Shown here: positions 13,278 to 27,095 of the stretch, in pieces
Numbering within the stretch: position 1 is the stretch's first letter
Layout: each line of letters opens with the position of its first letter
Assembly (NCBI GenBank): GCA_036172245.1
Contig: JAYWIR010000004.1
Span: forward strand, 5,332,001-5,396,000
Direction of reading: 5' to 3'
DNA length: 64,000 bases
Source: Raillietiella orientalis
Taxonomy: Eukaryota
Made by a program: the position numbers and the translations under genes
The notes under the pieces: model-generated
Seen by the model: the letters and a program-made list of their open reading frames with translations, nothing else
The model's database searches: none
Told to the model about the DNA's origin: nothing

Positions 13278-14399
13278 GGGCCGCCGCCCCGCGTCTCCTC
13301 CCCACGCCATAGGCCGCCGCCGCCGGACGGGAGGGATCAGCAGGAAGAGAAGAGGGCGAAGAAGCGGCGAGTGAAGCGGAGCTCCTCTCCCCTTCCGTTC
13401 TCACTACCCTTCCCATCCACTCTCCCCCCGCCGTCCGGTGACCTTCGGGAAAACTCCGAGAAGGTTGGTCGAGGACTGCGGGATCGGCTGGGGGGCAGGA
13501 CATCAACTGCTTCTCTCCTCCTCCTTTCCCTCCTCCCTCCGCTCCCTCCGCTCTTTGATCCTACCCTCACTTGAAGGCGGCAAAAGGCGAGACATTCCTC
13601 TCCCCCGCTTCCCCGCGTCCTCCGATCTCTCCGGGATACCGCGCGCACCTCCTCCCACCTTTCAGCTCCCGCGCCTGCCTCTTTTCCGGTCTTTCCTCCC
13701 TCCGTCCAGGAGGAAGGGCTCCCCACCCGCCCGCCCGCCCACTGTTTGCTCCGATGCTCTTCCTGCTGCCGACGAGGTCCTTGACCTGCCGCTGACCAAG
13801 ACAGGAGGGAGGAGGAGGCCGCGCGGAAGAGGAGTCTCCCGGCAAGCGAGACGACCTCCGGTCACGTGACGCAGCGAGGGAAGGGGTGCCGGGAGTTCCG
13901 GGAGACAGGGCGGCGGTGGCAGCCCACCACTTCCTCCAGACGAAGCCCGGACTTGGCTCCCTTTCATCTGCTGTGCAGCCGCGAACCCACAGCAAGAAAC
14001 CCTGAAGAGACACCTCGTGGCCCGGCCAGCCCCCCCTAGTGCCCTGATCTTCCGTGTCCCCACTGTGATCCCGATTGGCAGCCCGGATGAATAAAAACAA
14101 ACCGAAAGGGGAAGGTCTCATGAGGGCGGGGAGGCAGCAGAGATCCCCAGGGTCGTTTCCCCTCAGGGTCTGTTCGTCGCAGGGCCAGCAGACGAGGCTG
14201 CGCTGACCGCCGTCGGTGCACATTCGTGGTCTCGTGGTCAGCTCTTTGCCTTCACCGCCAACGCAGTCTCCCGGAGAAATCCTTCCACTTGTCTCGCCCC
14301 CTCCCTCCCCCCAGGGCTCGCCAATGGGAATGCCACGGAGCTGTCGCACAGAGCAGGAGCAACGCCGTCCAGAAAAAGCTGGAGTTCTGACCGAAGCAG

Positions 14400-15100
14400 C
14401 AGAGTCATGGGCGCCGTCGCCGCGGACCGTCGAGAGGAAAGGCGAAGCTGCCCGAATCCGCTGGCGGTAGCAGATCCCGGTCGCGATCGGGGTGATTTCT
14501 CGCAGAAGACGCAGGACCAGAATCTTCCCTCTCTTCTTCTCTCGGCCTCCTCATACCTCTTTGGCCTGGGAGGTGCGCGGCTTCTTGGGAGGGTCAGGCT
14601 GCGAGGAAGGGTTGCGCAGGTCTACGAAGACGGGGGCATTTTTTTCAACCTACTGCGCGCGCAGCGCTATCGCAAGGGGCTATCCGTGTGTGCCATGGCG
14701 TGCTGCGGAGGTCCATTGGTCATCCGCATCCATCTCTCAAGCATGGAAAACGCACGGGTGGATGGCGAGCATCCTATCGAGCCTGATTAGTGCGCTTCCA
14801 CACTTCGAAGGCATCTAAGAAGCTCTAAGCGATCCAAAAGCACTCGAAAGTAGAATACGCTTAGTCTTGGAGTCCCTTACGTCCCTGGACTCTTTTCCCG
14901 CTCTGCAGATCGGAAACATGTCTTCCGTGATCCTCGGGCGCACGCTTCTCTTTCTCTCGATCCTCAGATGGATGGAGGTGAGACCAACAGCAGGCACCGC
15001 TGCGTGTCCACGCCTACTCAGGTTGCTCTTTCTACGGCACTTCCGACGAGGGTTTGAACGCTCTCTGAGACAGCAGACGTCGGTGTGCTAGCAAAGGGGA
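14400..15100 (+). mobile_element. Possible decayed Tx1-like ORF2 fragment downstream of qvr
   Basis: LFGLGGARLLGRVRLRGRVAQVYEDGGIFFNL resembles the post-RT motif FxWxG...VxRxxLxxxxxEGGLGxxN. Confidence 0.3.
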
Positions 15101-18100
15101 CAGGTTCCCCCTGCACATTTTTAAGACATGAAAGAGGAAGGAATTCTTCTGATGAACGATGAACGCGAGCGAGACTCCACGGTGTCCCCACCATATGTGA
15201 GCAAGGATGAGGAGGCTTTTCCCCTCAGGGACTTGGACTGTCTCGAGAATTTCTCGAGTGAGCTGTTGGGCTAAGTTGATCAGGGTCTGGGATTTTACCA
15301 GATGAAGCAGCGAAACGTCAGCACACCTACGGTTGCTGAGAGTTAATTCCTGTTGATGTTATCGGCAAAGTTTCACAGAGGATTCCATCTGTTGGGAATA
15401 CCCAAAGCAATGGCAAGTTCCGTCCGGAAAAAATGTCCAGTGTGACACAGAAGGATGGTGCCACCTATAGAATGGTCATCGTGTCTTGATCTCCTTGTCT
15501 CCAAAGCAAGCCGGAATTTCCACCAGCTCCTCGAACCCTTGTAAACAACCGCTAACATCGTCACTGGTTTTCTGTCGCTTCAACAGATGGGCCGCAGATC
15601 TTTTTTTATCTTCCTCGGATCGATCCTGTACTTGTAAACATTCCCCTATCTTTGTTACTCGTCTCGAGTTCCAGGATGCAGACTGCATTCCGAAGAGAGA
15701 TCACTTCCGTCTGAAGTGGGAGAGCAAACACGAAGGCGCTTCCTTCCTTTCTTGGAAATACCTTCCTTCAAACATATGTGAATCGAGAAGTCACATGTGA
15801 ATTCGAATTCTCCTCCGTTGGAGAGCGACTCTAGTGTTTTCATTGCTGGTTTGTGAGCAGCATCTCTCTTTACACTGTGTTAGCATTACTGGTGCACAAC
15901 CATGATTGAAGAATCATAATTTCCTCTTTCCTTCATCTCCTACTTCATTTACGTTCTCGGACTTTGTTGATTTGGTGCAACCTTGTTCAGAATTTTTGAT
16001 CTCATAATAATCTAAAGGTCTTCCCTCGTGTTTCTGTTGCACTGACGAGTTTAACTCTTTTCATTTCTCGTGCTTTTGCAACACGATACTGATAACTGGA
16101 TATTTCCTTCGTTCCCTTTTTTTTTTTTTTTTCCTTTTCTTTCGAACAAAACGCTTTTTCCTTTCTATGCAGCATGGTTCCTGATCGAATGGCGATGCGA
16201 ATCCCACTCTTGGCAAATCCTGCAGAAAATTCTGTCTACGTGATCGTCATCGGAATCCGAGAAATTTGTTGCTCTTTCTTTACATCGTTCCTCCGACTAT
16301 TCCTTCTCGTAATTCTTCAAAAATCCTAGCTGTTGAAATCTGGCCGTTGTCGATCCAAAGCACACGTACACGTTCGTAAGTACAAGATTTCGTGCAGGAG
16401 ATGCTTGTACTTTCGGGAAAAAAACTTTCAGCGCTCTTGATCAAGACTCGACAGTAGGGATAACAAAACTGGAGAGACTGTTGTGTCTGTGGTGACTGTA
16501 TGACTTTCTAGTGACTGTGGCTGTCTGCATGGCTTTCTAAATGAAAATAAGAGTAGTAATTTATGAGATCCGGAATGCATGGGGGCATCACTAATTTTGT
16601 GGTAATGAAGGGAAATTCCTCCGATTGAGATTCCAAATCATCCAAATTAAGGAAATCAGATATATAAAGATGAAGTTGATGAAAAGAAAAAAAAAAGGCA
16701 CATGGAGGATGCAAAAGTGTACAAACTTACCCTGGGCAACTAGGGCAAACTACAATTTACTTTCCGTTTTCAGAACTTTGAGAGGGGAGCCCAGAGTGCT
16801 TCAGAAAGCCCGCTTTACGATAACCCTAGGATACCAGGAGTTCACAAAAAGACGTTCATATTTTCACATGTGTGTGTGCTTCATGTGCTGGTTCTTCGCA
16901 ATGAATCACTCACATGCAAAATGCACGTAGATAATTACGTGTATTTCATGCTTAATTTTTCACTCGACTTACCGTACACAAAGGCGTGTCTTTCATTTCA
17001 AGGAGTGATGTATGTGCAACAAAAGTAATAGAGAAATGTGTTGCAACGACCATGTGCGGGTATTCAGTAAAGTATTTAGTGCTAGTAAATACATACATGT
17101 ACATGCACGGTGCCCACGATTTATTATGTGATGCATACATCGAAAGTTCGTACACACATGGGATGATTGACCTTTTGAACTTGTACTTTTAACGGACCAC
17201 CACGAGACATCAGGACGGACTCGCAGGAGGTGGCAGCCTGCGATCTGAAGGGCGTCCGAAGCGGCCTCGCCGTGCCTCCTCCCCTCCCCCCCCCTCCTTT
17301 GCTTTGTTTTGGTTTTGCCATACGCTCGCTACTGTTTCGTAGTAGGAAATGCTGTGCATACCCTCAAAAGGGATTCGATGCGATTTTCCCTTCGTAAAAT
17401 CGTTTTCAAAGCTTTCGTTTGAAGTGGAATGTAAGATGTGGAGTCTGGTTTCTTTTCGGTTAAAACCTTGTTGTGTAGGAATTTGAAGCAGAATGTGTGG
17501 TTGCCCCAGAATACGAATGTGGAAACGACAGAAAAAGCCGTTAGGTAACATGGTGTACGGTTTATTTGCAAAGTGTCGTGAGATATGTTTATGGATTTTT
17601 GGTGTTTGAGAATGGTTAAGTGAATTCATTGGAAAGAGAATGTTTGATCCAACACGGAATAAATAGGTTTTCAGGAAAACACATGGCAAGACAAAGACCA
17701 ATTTTCGGTTGATTTGTTAACAGAATTTTGCTGCTTTAACTATGCCCATAGGAAATAAAGTGTTTCTCGTTGCACACTTTAGTACACCTTGATTACCTTG
17801 CTTTAGGTATTAGGGTAAAAGAATGTACCTCAACAGGTATTTTGCAAGGATGTGGATTTGACCATTCCAGTTGCATTTCATTTAGAATTGTAGAGCATAT
17901 GTTCTTTATAGTCATGAGAAAAATTGCGAGAACGGAAATACGCCCCTTCTTCCCCATCCCATAACGTGTTTCCTGCATGCATGGTTTCTTCTATTTCACG
18001 TGATAGCATTAACTCAGCCCCCATTGAGCATTCGTTTTCCCATATGCCAGCACGATTGATTGGTGTATCAAATGAGAGCTGAAAATGTATATTTTTATGT

Positions 18101-18256
18101 GTAAAAAAGCAAATAATTGCAGCCTTTTTTGTAGTCAATAAAGATGAGTCTAGATTAAGATTCAGTCTAGATCAGAATGTTAGTAGATTTATTATAAAAT
18201 GATTTATTAGTGAATACAGGTAATAGAAGCACACGAATTCTCCAAGCAATATTGCA

Positions 18257-20357
18257 ATGAGCTGCAACAAACAAAAGTTGAGCACGGAACCTTCAACCAT
18301 GGTTCACTTTGTTCCTGACTTGTTTCAGCAGGGACTTCCTAGAATGAAAGCTATAAGATGCCAAGGAAAACTCTGTGATGTTACTTTAAAAGTATGCATT
18401 TTGCTTATTTTTGTGAATATGATGTTTTCTTTTGAACGTATAGGTGGGTAATGAATGCTTTACAGCTCACAAAATTGTATTGGCCGCAAGCATTCCATAT
18501 TTCCATGCCATGTTTACAAGTGACATGATGGAGAGTCACCAGAACATCATATCTCTTGGAGGCATCGACTCAGAGTAGGAGGTTATGTAGAATTTAAGGA
18601 TCAGAATTGCTGGTAGCATCCTAGAGGTTGTCATCAATTTTGCATACTCAGGAAAAGTGATCATCAGCAGAGATAATGCACAGAGCTTGCTAAAAGCAGC
18701 ATTTTTTTTTCAAATTGAAGTTTTGATTGAGCCATGCTGTTCATTTTTGAAAAGCAGGTGAAATCAGTTGTTGAACAACCAGTTGTTCCATTGAGAAATT
18801 AGGTTGAATATAGGCAACATGCTTGATTTGTGGAAACTCTCTCAATCATTGGGGTGCTCAGCTCTGGAGTTAGCTTGCCAGCAAGCAATCCAAAGGCATT
18901 TACAAGATTTGTGCAACCATAAGGAATTTCTAGCTCTTACAGTTGATGAGGTTGACACCATATTGTCCTGGAATGATATTTGTTTCGGCAGCAAGCAGTT
19001 ACAGTTTCATGCTGCAGTGAATTGGGTTAATGAAGATACTGTGCATCGTACCCCAAACTTGCCCAGACTTTTAAGAACAATTAAACTGGAATTGCTCAGT
19101 CCTGAGTTTTTAGTAGATTATGTAGCCACTGAACCATTAGTCCACAATTCCTTTGCTTGCAGGTAAAAAGATAGTAGAGCAACAGATTGTACATGTGATT
19201 AGAGATATACTAGATGAAGCCAAAGATTGGTACTTGCTTCCAAAACGGCAACACTCCTTTTATAAGAGAAAGATGTCTAATACTTTAGGCAATCTTACTT
19301 CCATTGAATGCATCTTTGTAATGGGAGGAGCAAACAAAAGAAACCAATCATTATGCTCAAGTTATCTGTTTGCAGACAACTCTGTGGAAGCATATTGCTT
19401 TGACATGGCTGCATGGATGCCTATTTCTGCTTCAGGATTGTTTAGGAATCGCATGGGAGTAGCTGTATTAGAGAATCAGTTGTATGCTATAGGTGGTTAT
19501 AATGGAGAAGAACGGCTAAGTATTGTACAAGCTTATGATCCTTCTTCATCTACATGGAATACTGTTTCCTCTTTGAATTGCCGGCGCAGGTAACGCATCA
19601 TGAGAAATATAGCAACAAGACTTTTTCAGCGCTGCTGGTGCAGCCTCTCTCTCTGGCAAGCTTTATGTCTGTGGGGGTTACAATGGCAAAGGATCATTGA
19701 ATTCAGTGGAATGTTATGATCCAAGTGTGGACAAATGGCATTTCATTAATCCTTTGACTTCTTTCCGTAGTGCCCTAGGTGTGACTTCTTTACAAGGTCT
19801 TTTGTGGGTGCTGGGAGGTCATGATGGGACCTCCATTTCATCTTCTGTAAGTATATTTAGCCATTTTATTTCATTTTTTTTTTTTTTTTTCATGTCATTG
19901 TTTATTAGACTGAAGTCTATGATCCTCTGTCTGGCCAGTGGATCCTTTCCATACCTATGCTTTCAAAAAGATGCCGTCTAGCTGTGACATCCCTGAATGG
20001 CAATCTGTATGCTTGTGGTGGTTATGATGGGACACAGTTTTCACATGTGCTTGAAGGTTTAGATCCACGCATGAACAGGTAAGAAAGACTGATATTTACA
20101 AGTGATTTGACAAATGTAGGTGGATGGTTTTGGCACCCATGAATGTAGCTCGTAGTAGATTAGCCTTAGTGGCCAGTAGAGGCAAGCTTTGGGCAATTGG
20201 AGGCTATGATGGATTTGCAAATCTGGCTAGCATGGAAATGTATGATCCTGATTCCAATGTTTGGACAAATGTGAACACAATGTATGCACATGAAGGGGGC
20301 ATTGGAGCAGGAGTTGTGCATGTTTCACCAGCCCATTTTTTAAATCAAGTTCAGTAG
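18257..20357 (+). CDS. KLHL18: Kelch-like protein 18-like (BTB-BACK-6xKelch Cul3 adaptor), 8 exons, 592 aa
   Basis: Exons 18257-18391, 18444-18574, 18617-18757, 18803-19162, 19203-19589, 19630-19846, 19909-20078 and 20120-20357. All introns are GT-AG with consistent phases; total 1779 nt. [38 protein letters not shown]: ..[10 protein letters not shown]. Six kelch GG repeats. The C-terminal HEGGIGAGV resembles KLHL18. AATAAA at ~20425. Confidence 0.9.
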
Positions 20358-20948
20358 CCTGCATACAAATACTGCATACCTTCAGTACTCTGTGTGTACT
20401 GCATACAACATATGTACATGACCAAATAAATTTGCATGCTTATACAAATGAAATGTTATCAATGTAACAGATATTAGGAAATGTGCAAGACAGTGCTCTG
20501 ATCAAACTAAAACTGTGCCATGAATTGTGCTATGTTGCTCATATGTGTGTAAGATTTTGTGGGCATCGCTCCGTGTTCAGGCAATGCCAGGTGATCCGCC
20601 ACAGTCGTCCAAGTGTTGTACGTATGGTTTGTTTTCAATGTAAACAATTTGCGCAAACTTCGACTCAGCACTCGGAACAGGAATGCTCGAGATTTGCTCC
20701 TGCTGTAAGCTCTTGGAATGTGAATCTCTGCTTCATGATTTCTTAATAGGATCTCGTTCGTGTTTTTTTTTTTTGTTTAACCGCCCTTATAGTTTGAAAA
20801 CGGGGACTGCGCAGTCAGTCTGTTCCAGCCGAAGGAGCTTACCTATTTATTTTTCGTAGTAGACTTCAGGGTTCTTATAGTAAGTTGGCAAAATTCGTTT
20901 TGCCTCTTCTGTGCCCTTAAAGATAGGATGCAACTAGCAAATTCAATA

Positions 20949-20978
20949 TCACAGTCAACATGGTGATGTTGACTGTGA
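20949..20978. repeat. Perfect 13-bp hairpin with a 4-nt loop
   Basis: TCACAGTCAACAT-GGTG-ATGTTGACTGTGA. Confidence 0.85.
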
Positions 20979-21249
20979 GTAGTAACATCTTGTTGCTTCC
21001 TATGTGAAGTGATCATTCATACTCTTTTTGTTGTAAATTAGGAATGCAAAATAATGACGACTGGTCATCGGTATTAAAAATGCCATTTTTCTGGGAAGTA
21101 CCTGAATTTCTGATAGTTCCAAGTAAAGGTAAATGAAAAACACGTTTCATACGCAGATTTTTCACTGCGTAATGTAAGTACAAAAAAAAAAAATGTGAAA
21201 ACTGCGTTTTGAATTATAACAAACCACTTCCACTTAAAGGGCACAGAAT

Positions 21250-21900
21250 AATTGCTTCCGTGCTTGAGGAATTGTGAACCTCGTGGTTCCCAATTTTGGG
21301 CAATTCAGCCCTGTTCCCGTATGGCTCTTTCTTGTACCAAGCCCATATTGTTTGAAGGCAATGTAGCTTTGTTTATGCTTTAGGAAAATTGGTGATTCCC
21401 CCTCGTCCTCTCAGATAAGTACACACGATAGTTTTACTCCAAGAAGTTTTGCTTGGGGATTGCTGGTGTTTTCCTTTCTCGCCATTATTTGCACATTTCC
21501 AAAGGAGGTGGCAAATGCGTTACTGCCTGATAGTCTGATGGCATCTGCAGTCTGAAATCCCCAGGAAGACGCGAGTCTGCCCAACGTGCAAACAACCTGC
21601 AGAACCTGCTGGTTGCGGACTGCAAAGAGGATGGTACTGTGGAGGGAAGACAACTCGATACCCTACGGCCGTCTTGCAATTAGGCAGGCCGCACATCCGG
21701 ACTTGCAAACATGTCAATCATCAAAACATTTGTTAACAACGCGATGCTAATGATAATACTATTACATGAACTTTACTGATTTGCCTAATGGGCTTGTGTA
21801 ATGTCCTTTCTTCCTGTGGATACATCCATGTGACCATCCCAACTTGGAGGAACTCGGCCACATTGCTGCTAGAACTTTGACCTCAAAAGAGATTAAAGAC
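21250..21900 (-). mobile_element. Decayed CR1/L2-group RT fragment
   Basis: Ordered remnants STILFAVRNQQVL (~GTILGPLLFxxxINDL), GNVQIMARK (~NNMxLNxxK) and QAKLLGVKLS (RT domain 7), followed by a KA.TKLHCL-like segment. Confidence 0.4.
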
Positions 21901-24900
21901 TACTTGATACCCCATCGAGGAATGATGCATCATACTAATCAGTGCCATTTTTTCCTAACTACATTTTTTTTTCTAGTTTGACGGCAGTTTTGAAAACGAC
22001 GGATCGTGAGTAGCCTTACCAAAAAAAAAATCAGCATATCTTTTGCTCTTCTCTCTCTCTCTCCCCCAAAGACCAAAGGAAAAGGAATTTTCCCTGATCA
22101 TCGAACAACCTTTGTTGCTTTTGGTATCTAAAAAACATTCCATCGTGGACTCTGGTGTGTCTAACACTGATCTGAACTGGTCCTATGTGACCCTTCCCTT
22201 CAATTATCTCATCTTGTGGCCTGGATCAAGAAGATACGCTTGCATAATTTTGGAAGTTATTGAAAATGTGGCTTCTCTTCCCACCATCTGAAAGATTCCC
22301 CGAGAATAATGTTCACATCTTGGCACCCTGTTTTTCCTGTGGGCCTTGAGCAAACCTACACTGTTTGTTGGTTTCCGATTCCATTTGTACAGTACGCGAC
22401 ATGCTCCCTTTGCACATAAAATTGTTTAGATGCTTTTGCGGCAACTGTAGTTCAAGCGTACAAATTGTGTTCGCTGATGATGGTACTTGGCGACTGTACA
22501 GATTACCGAAATGATGCTCAACAAGCAATTGCACTTTCAAATTCTTTTCAGTCATTGCAGTTACAGTATTATATTCCGATATTTTATTGTTCCAAGTTTT
22601 TACTTTGTAAGCAATTTTTTCAGATCGTTCAATATTAAAATGCAGCCATGAACTTCCATTTTTTTTTAGAAGCAAAAAAAGTCTATTCGTATCACGGGAA
22701 AATTACGTATCACAAGATGCGGTAAATTTCTTCTAAGACTCTTAAAATCCGGTTTATGAAAAATTATTGCTAATTTATACCTAATTTCGTACCAAGCTCG
22801 AATGTTTTGCAACCAGTTTATTATTGCTATTGAATTTTCACATTGAACGATTTGGTTACACTGCGCATGTTTGATCTCGTGTTTGATCGTCTAACGTTGC
22901 ATCCACCAAAATTTTATCCATTTCCCATCATCCTCCATGTTGATTATGTGGTCACCTCCAAACACCCATCGCCCAACCAGAATTCGTGACTTTTCTACTA
23001 TTTCTTATTTATTCTACAACTACGGTCCCTCCATTCACTCTTTCTCACTGTGGAGTTTTCCTTCAAAGGTTCGTAGCAGTTTCCGTAAAGTCACCATTGC
23101 AATATCCTTAACGCTGTTTTTTTTTTTTTTTGTAAGATGGATATGTTTTTTTTTTTTTTTTTGGTGGCAAGCAGACAATATCTCCCAAAACGAGTATTAT
23201 TTTCACGGTTTGGTAGTCTTAATAGCTTACTACGAGTTTGCGTTGCAGCTTCCCTGGAATTAGATTCCCTGGTATGAAGATATGGAATGAAATGAACCAT
23301 AACTTGGAACCCGTTGATCATACGGGATATTTTATTTACAACTGGTTTTATTAAATAACTAGGTGTTTCCGATTTGGGCAAAACGGCGGATCAGGGACTG
23401 CCTTGAAAAATGAAGAATTTCTTACACAAAAATTTCAGTGATGAGCTATAAGGAAAAAAAATCATCCGTATGAGAAACGAAAAATGAGTTTAAAAAAACT
23501 GGAAAAAAAAATGAGCTACTTCTTCATGCATAAACGTTTCCCAGATTTTTGACATTCTCTAAAGTTCCACGGAACCAACCACTTGCGATACATCCAGTTG
23601 ACTTGACCACCTCGGTAACCCGCAGTCTTGAACGACGCGCGGGTTTCCGGATCTTTGCACGCTGAAGTCCACACATCCTCTAAGATGGAAAATATCTCAC
23701 ATGCAATTTCTGTTTCATCAGCAGCAAGGATCACTGATAAATGAAATTTTTCGTAAGGAGGTGGGACAACGCGTTTCTTTCCTTCTTCATGCAAAAAACG
23801 ATCGTTTGGTTCATTCCTTGAATTCAGAATACACCGGCTGATGTATCCTTGTGGCCTGAGTCAAGAACGAAGTAGATAATAAATAGCTTTAATGTAAACC
23901 TGAATCGAAATCTCTCCTAGTGATTTTCGATTGATTGTAATTATGTCTATACAGTGGAATACGAGATTTTCTAATGACGCAAACTTTGGCAGTTGATGGG
24001 AATTTAATAAGCAAAAACTTGGCAAGGTTAGAAATATGGTAAAAAAAACAAAAACAAAATAGAAGTCAAATCTCTTCGATCAAGTTTTCTTTTCCAAAAA
24101 GTCCTATGGACAAAACGTATCTGGAAAAAAAGAGAGCCTATCTAACAAGAGTTATCGAAAGCATTCTTCCAGGATACTTTGATGAGCGAGTAAAGCCTTA
24201 TTCCAAGAAATTGTGCGTTCCCGTGATCCACTTCGTGGTGACTCTCTATTTAGAACTTGAGATTGAGTCGCTCTTCGAGCCTCACAGTGTGGAATAGTGC
24301 GCTACTGGAGAGGCACTTACTCAACAGAACTGGAAAAGGAAGCACCAAGTTGAATGCACAAATCCTCTACCTTCTTCCGATCTTGTTCTATGGAACTGTC
24401 TTTTGATACCATGGATGCCTTTAATCAGCTTGATCAGTGCAATCCCTGGCACGCGCCGAGCAGTCACAACGCCATTGGTGCATGCAGCTGCGAGAGAACG
24501 AGGTGCCGACAATTGTCCCTGGGATGAAGGAGTTAAGAACCACTGTGCCAACTCAACATATCCAAAAGGAGGAACGACAAAAGGAATCACGAAGTCTGCA
24601 CAACGAAACTCTAATGACAAACAGGATAAGGGCGTGGAAATGACTGCGAGGTTGCAAGATAGAAATCGATCCTCGCTGGTGGCACTCCGCTGTAAGCGAA
24701 GAAGCAGAGTTGACCACTGATCGACTTACAAGGGCATAACTCAGCTGCAAACGCCGAAATTAACAACGACCCGAAAACAGATAGATATTTCAGAATGTAC
24801 CTAATAAGGAAAACAATGAGAGGATACTTTGAGGATATGATCGGCACTGCCGAGGGCTCAAACAGGCCCACTTTACATTGGTGCACATGGTTAATCTGAA

Positions 24901-25812
24901 AGCTGTAAACAGCATTACAGTATGAACACAACTGAAAAGTAAATCACGCTTCTAATAAAGAATGAGAGAATACTAGTTATAAAGAGATAATTTGCAATTC
25001 TCAGGGTGCTAGACTGAAGACGTGCAGACAGTAACGTATTAGCCTTTGGTAAAGGGAAAATATTTCACTAGTAGGGGGAAACAAGGATAGAGTTTGCTTC
25101 GAAATCCATTCGAAGGCAACCCTGATCTTCCTTTGAATACTCATATTTTGGTCTTTTACGCATGTGAACTGGAATCAGAACATGTACCGAACCACCAAAC
25201 ACACCGATAAAATCAAGCAGGAAAGACATTAAAAAAAAGAAAAAAAAAGATAGGAAACATCATGGGATTCCTTTTCTCCAAGTTTCAGAACATGTAATAG
25301 GACAAAACTAATCGTCTGAACCTCATAAAACCACTTACTTATTTAGGAAATCATTCGAGCTGCGGCTCATCATACAACTCCCTAATGAAAAATTCTTCCA
25401 AGAAATGAAAAAATGAAATTGGACTCTCAAAGAAAAATTCTTCCTGCTAAAACATGACATACAACTACTCTTATTTCTTACGCAATTACTCTTATAATAC
25501 AATTATTCTTGTTTTCTTACACTGCAACGAGCTTACCTTGTAATTAAAGAACTCAGATATCGGATTACAGGCAAAATTTGCATCTGAGATTCCGTATTTC
25601 TGAAACTTCTCGGTTATAAAGTTCCCGCACAATGTTATTTCGGAGTTCCAATTTGCAGTCCGAAAGCTGCTGCTCCTCGTATCAATTTATAAGATCTTTT
25701 TTTTATTTTACTCGATATTAAACATCCTGAGCGATGTTTGCAATGTTGCCTCTGATGCCATTTTCATACTGTTGTCACCTTAATGTTACTCAGTAGTAGT
25801 ACTGCACTGTAA

Positions 25813-25861
25813 CTACATTGCAAATATTCGAATTCTTCGAATTCGAGTATTTGCAATGTAG
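25813..25861. repeat. 23-bp inverted repeat with a 3-nt spacer
   Basis: CTACATTGCAAATATTCGAATTC-TTC-GAATTCGAGTATTTGCAATGTAG, with one T.G mismatch. Confidence 0.9.
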
Positions 25862-26758
25862 AACAGCGCTTTTGTTTTAACAAGGGCTGACTTTTGTCAA
25901 TTTTGTACAGTGACTTCTCAAAGATGTGGAGTCCCCAAACACAAAGTTTTGCAAGATGACCATAGAATCACATCTGCACAATGCATACCATTCAAAACTA
26001 TGCAATTATTGATGAAAGGCTTGAGATTAGTATCATTTTTAAAAGGAATAGGTGGCATATCCTCAATTAGACAGCATTTATTTACGTGTGAAATGTAAAT
26101 CACCCAATCACACTACCATGAACAATTCATTTTGTGCAAGTATGCAACAGAAACCAACAGAGTAGTTTTGTGGTGTCCGCTTCTACTGATATCTTAATTT
26201 TAAACATGAGAAGTAATGTATTAATTCTTATTATTCTTAAAAATTATGTAAAAAAAATTCAAGTGAGAAGAAATTAAATATAATCTGGCACTGGTGAATG
26301 GCACTTAACATATAATACAACTCTTTTATAAGTTATGAAGTCTGCACATAAGCACCAAGTGGCAATCAGACTAATCTTGGCACACTTGTTTAAGACTGAA
26401 ACAGTTGGTCACTTGGTCAACGGAAATCTTTTCAACAAACTTTACCTCAGGAAATACGAACTTATTATTCAGAAGGGGGAACAACACGTTTGTATGATGG
26501 AAATTTCAAGGTGTACCAATAATTACACATAGAAGCCAAGACAAAATATTTCCACAACTTTCCCTCATCAAAGAATACTTTTGTTTTTCTTTTCATACTT
26601 TTTTCTAGAAAGAGCACGGAAAGACAGGTTTCAGTTTTCCTTTCAGACTTCCAAATAAATATGAAACTCTCCATATGGCAAAGCAAATTGTATCACCTTA
26701 ATGGGGTCACAATTATCACAATCTCTTACCTTTATTGCTAACCAACACTCCAAAATGG

Positions 26759-27095
26759 CTAATCTTGCTTTTTAGGCCAATATTCCGTGTACATGTGAAA
26801 CAGCATACCCAACGTCAAGCAGCCTACTATAAACCCTTGGGCTGCCACTCGAGTTTGTATAATATACATAGATGCTTGTATTTTTCTATTTCTAAAATTC
26901 CAAACACTATAACCCAAAAGGCCAAGGCCTCCCAAAATTCCTGCGTAAAACAAGGTGAACCCATGTGTGCACATTTGGAGGACTCTTATTACCTATGGGA
27001 ATAAATGGCTTCTCCTTTGCCAATCTCCAGTTTTTTATGAGGGGAGATTCGAAAGTCTCGGTGAAACTCGGAAAATCTTCTGGAACCTTAGTCAT
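26759..27095 (-). CDS. HIG1 domain protein, type-1/HIGD1-like (paralogue A), 94 aa
   Basis: Exons 27095-26993 and 26940-26759, with a 52-nt GT-AG phase-1 intron. Protein: MTKVPEDF...LAKEKPFIPIG|ILGGLGLLGYSVWNFRNRKIQASMYIIQTRVAAQGFIVGCLTLGM..., which has the HIG1 two-TM layout and RVAAQG motif. Probable 5'UTR intron 27238-27132. AATAAA at 26736-26731. Confidence 0.9.

Noticed and set aside
23516..24720. Short ORFs of 63-105 aa
   Set aside because: No recognisable homology or coherent splice structure; probably decayed repeat sequence.
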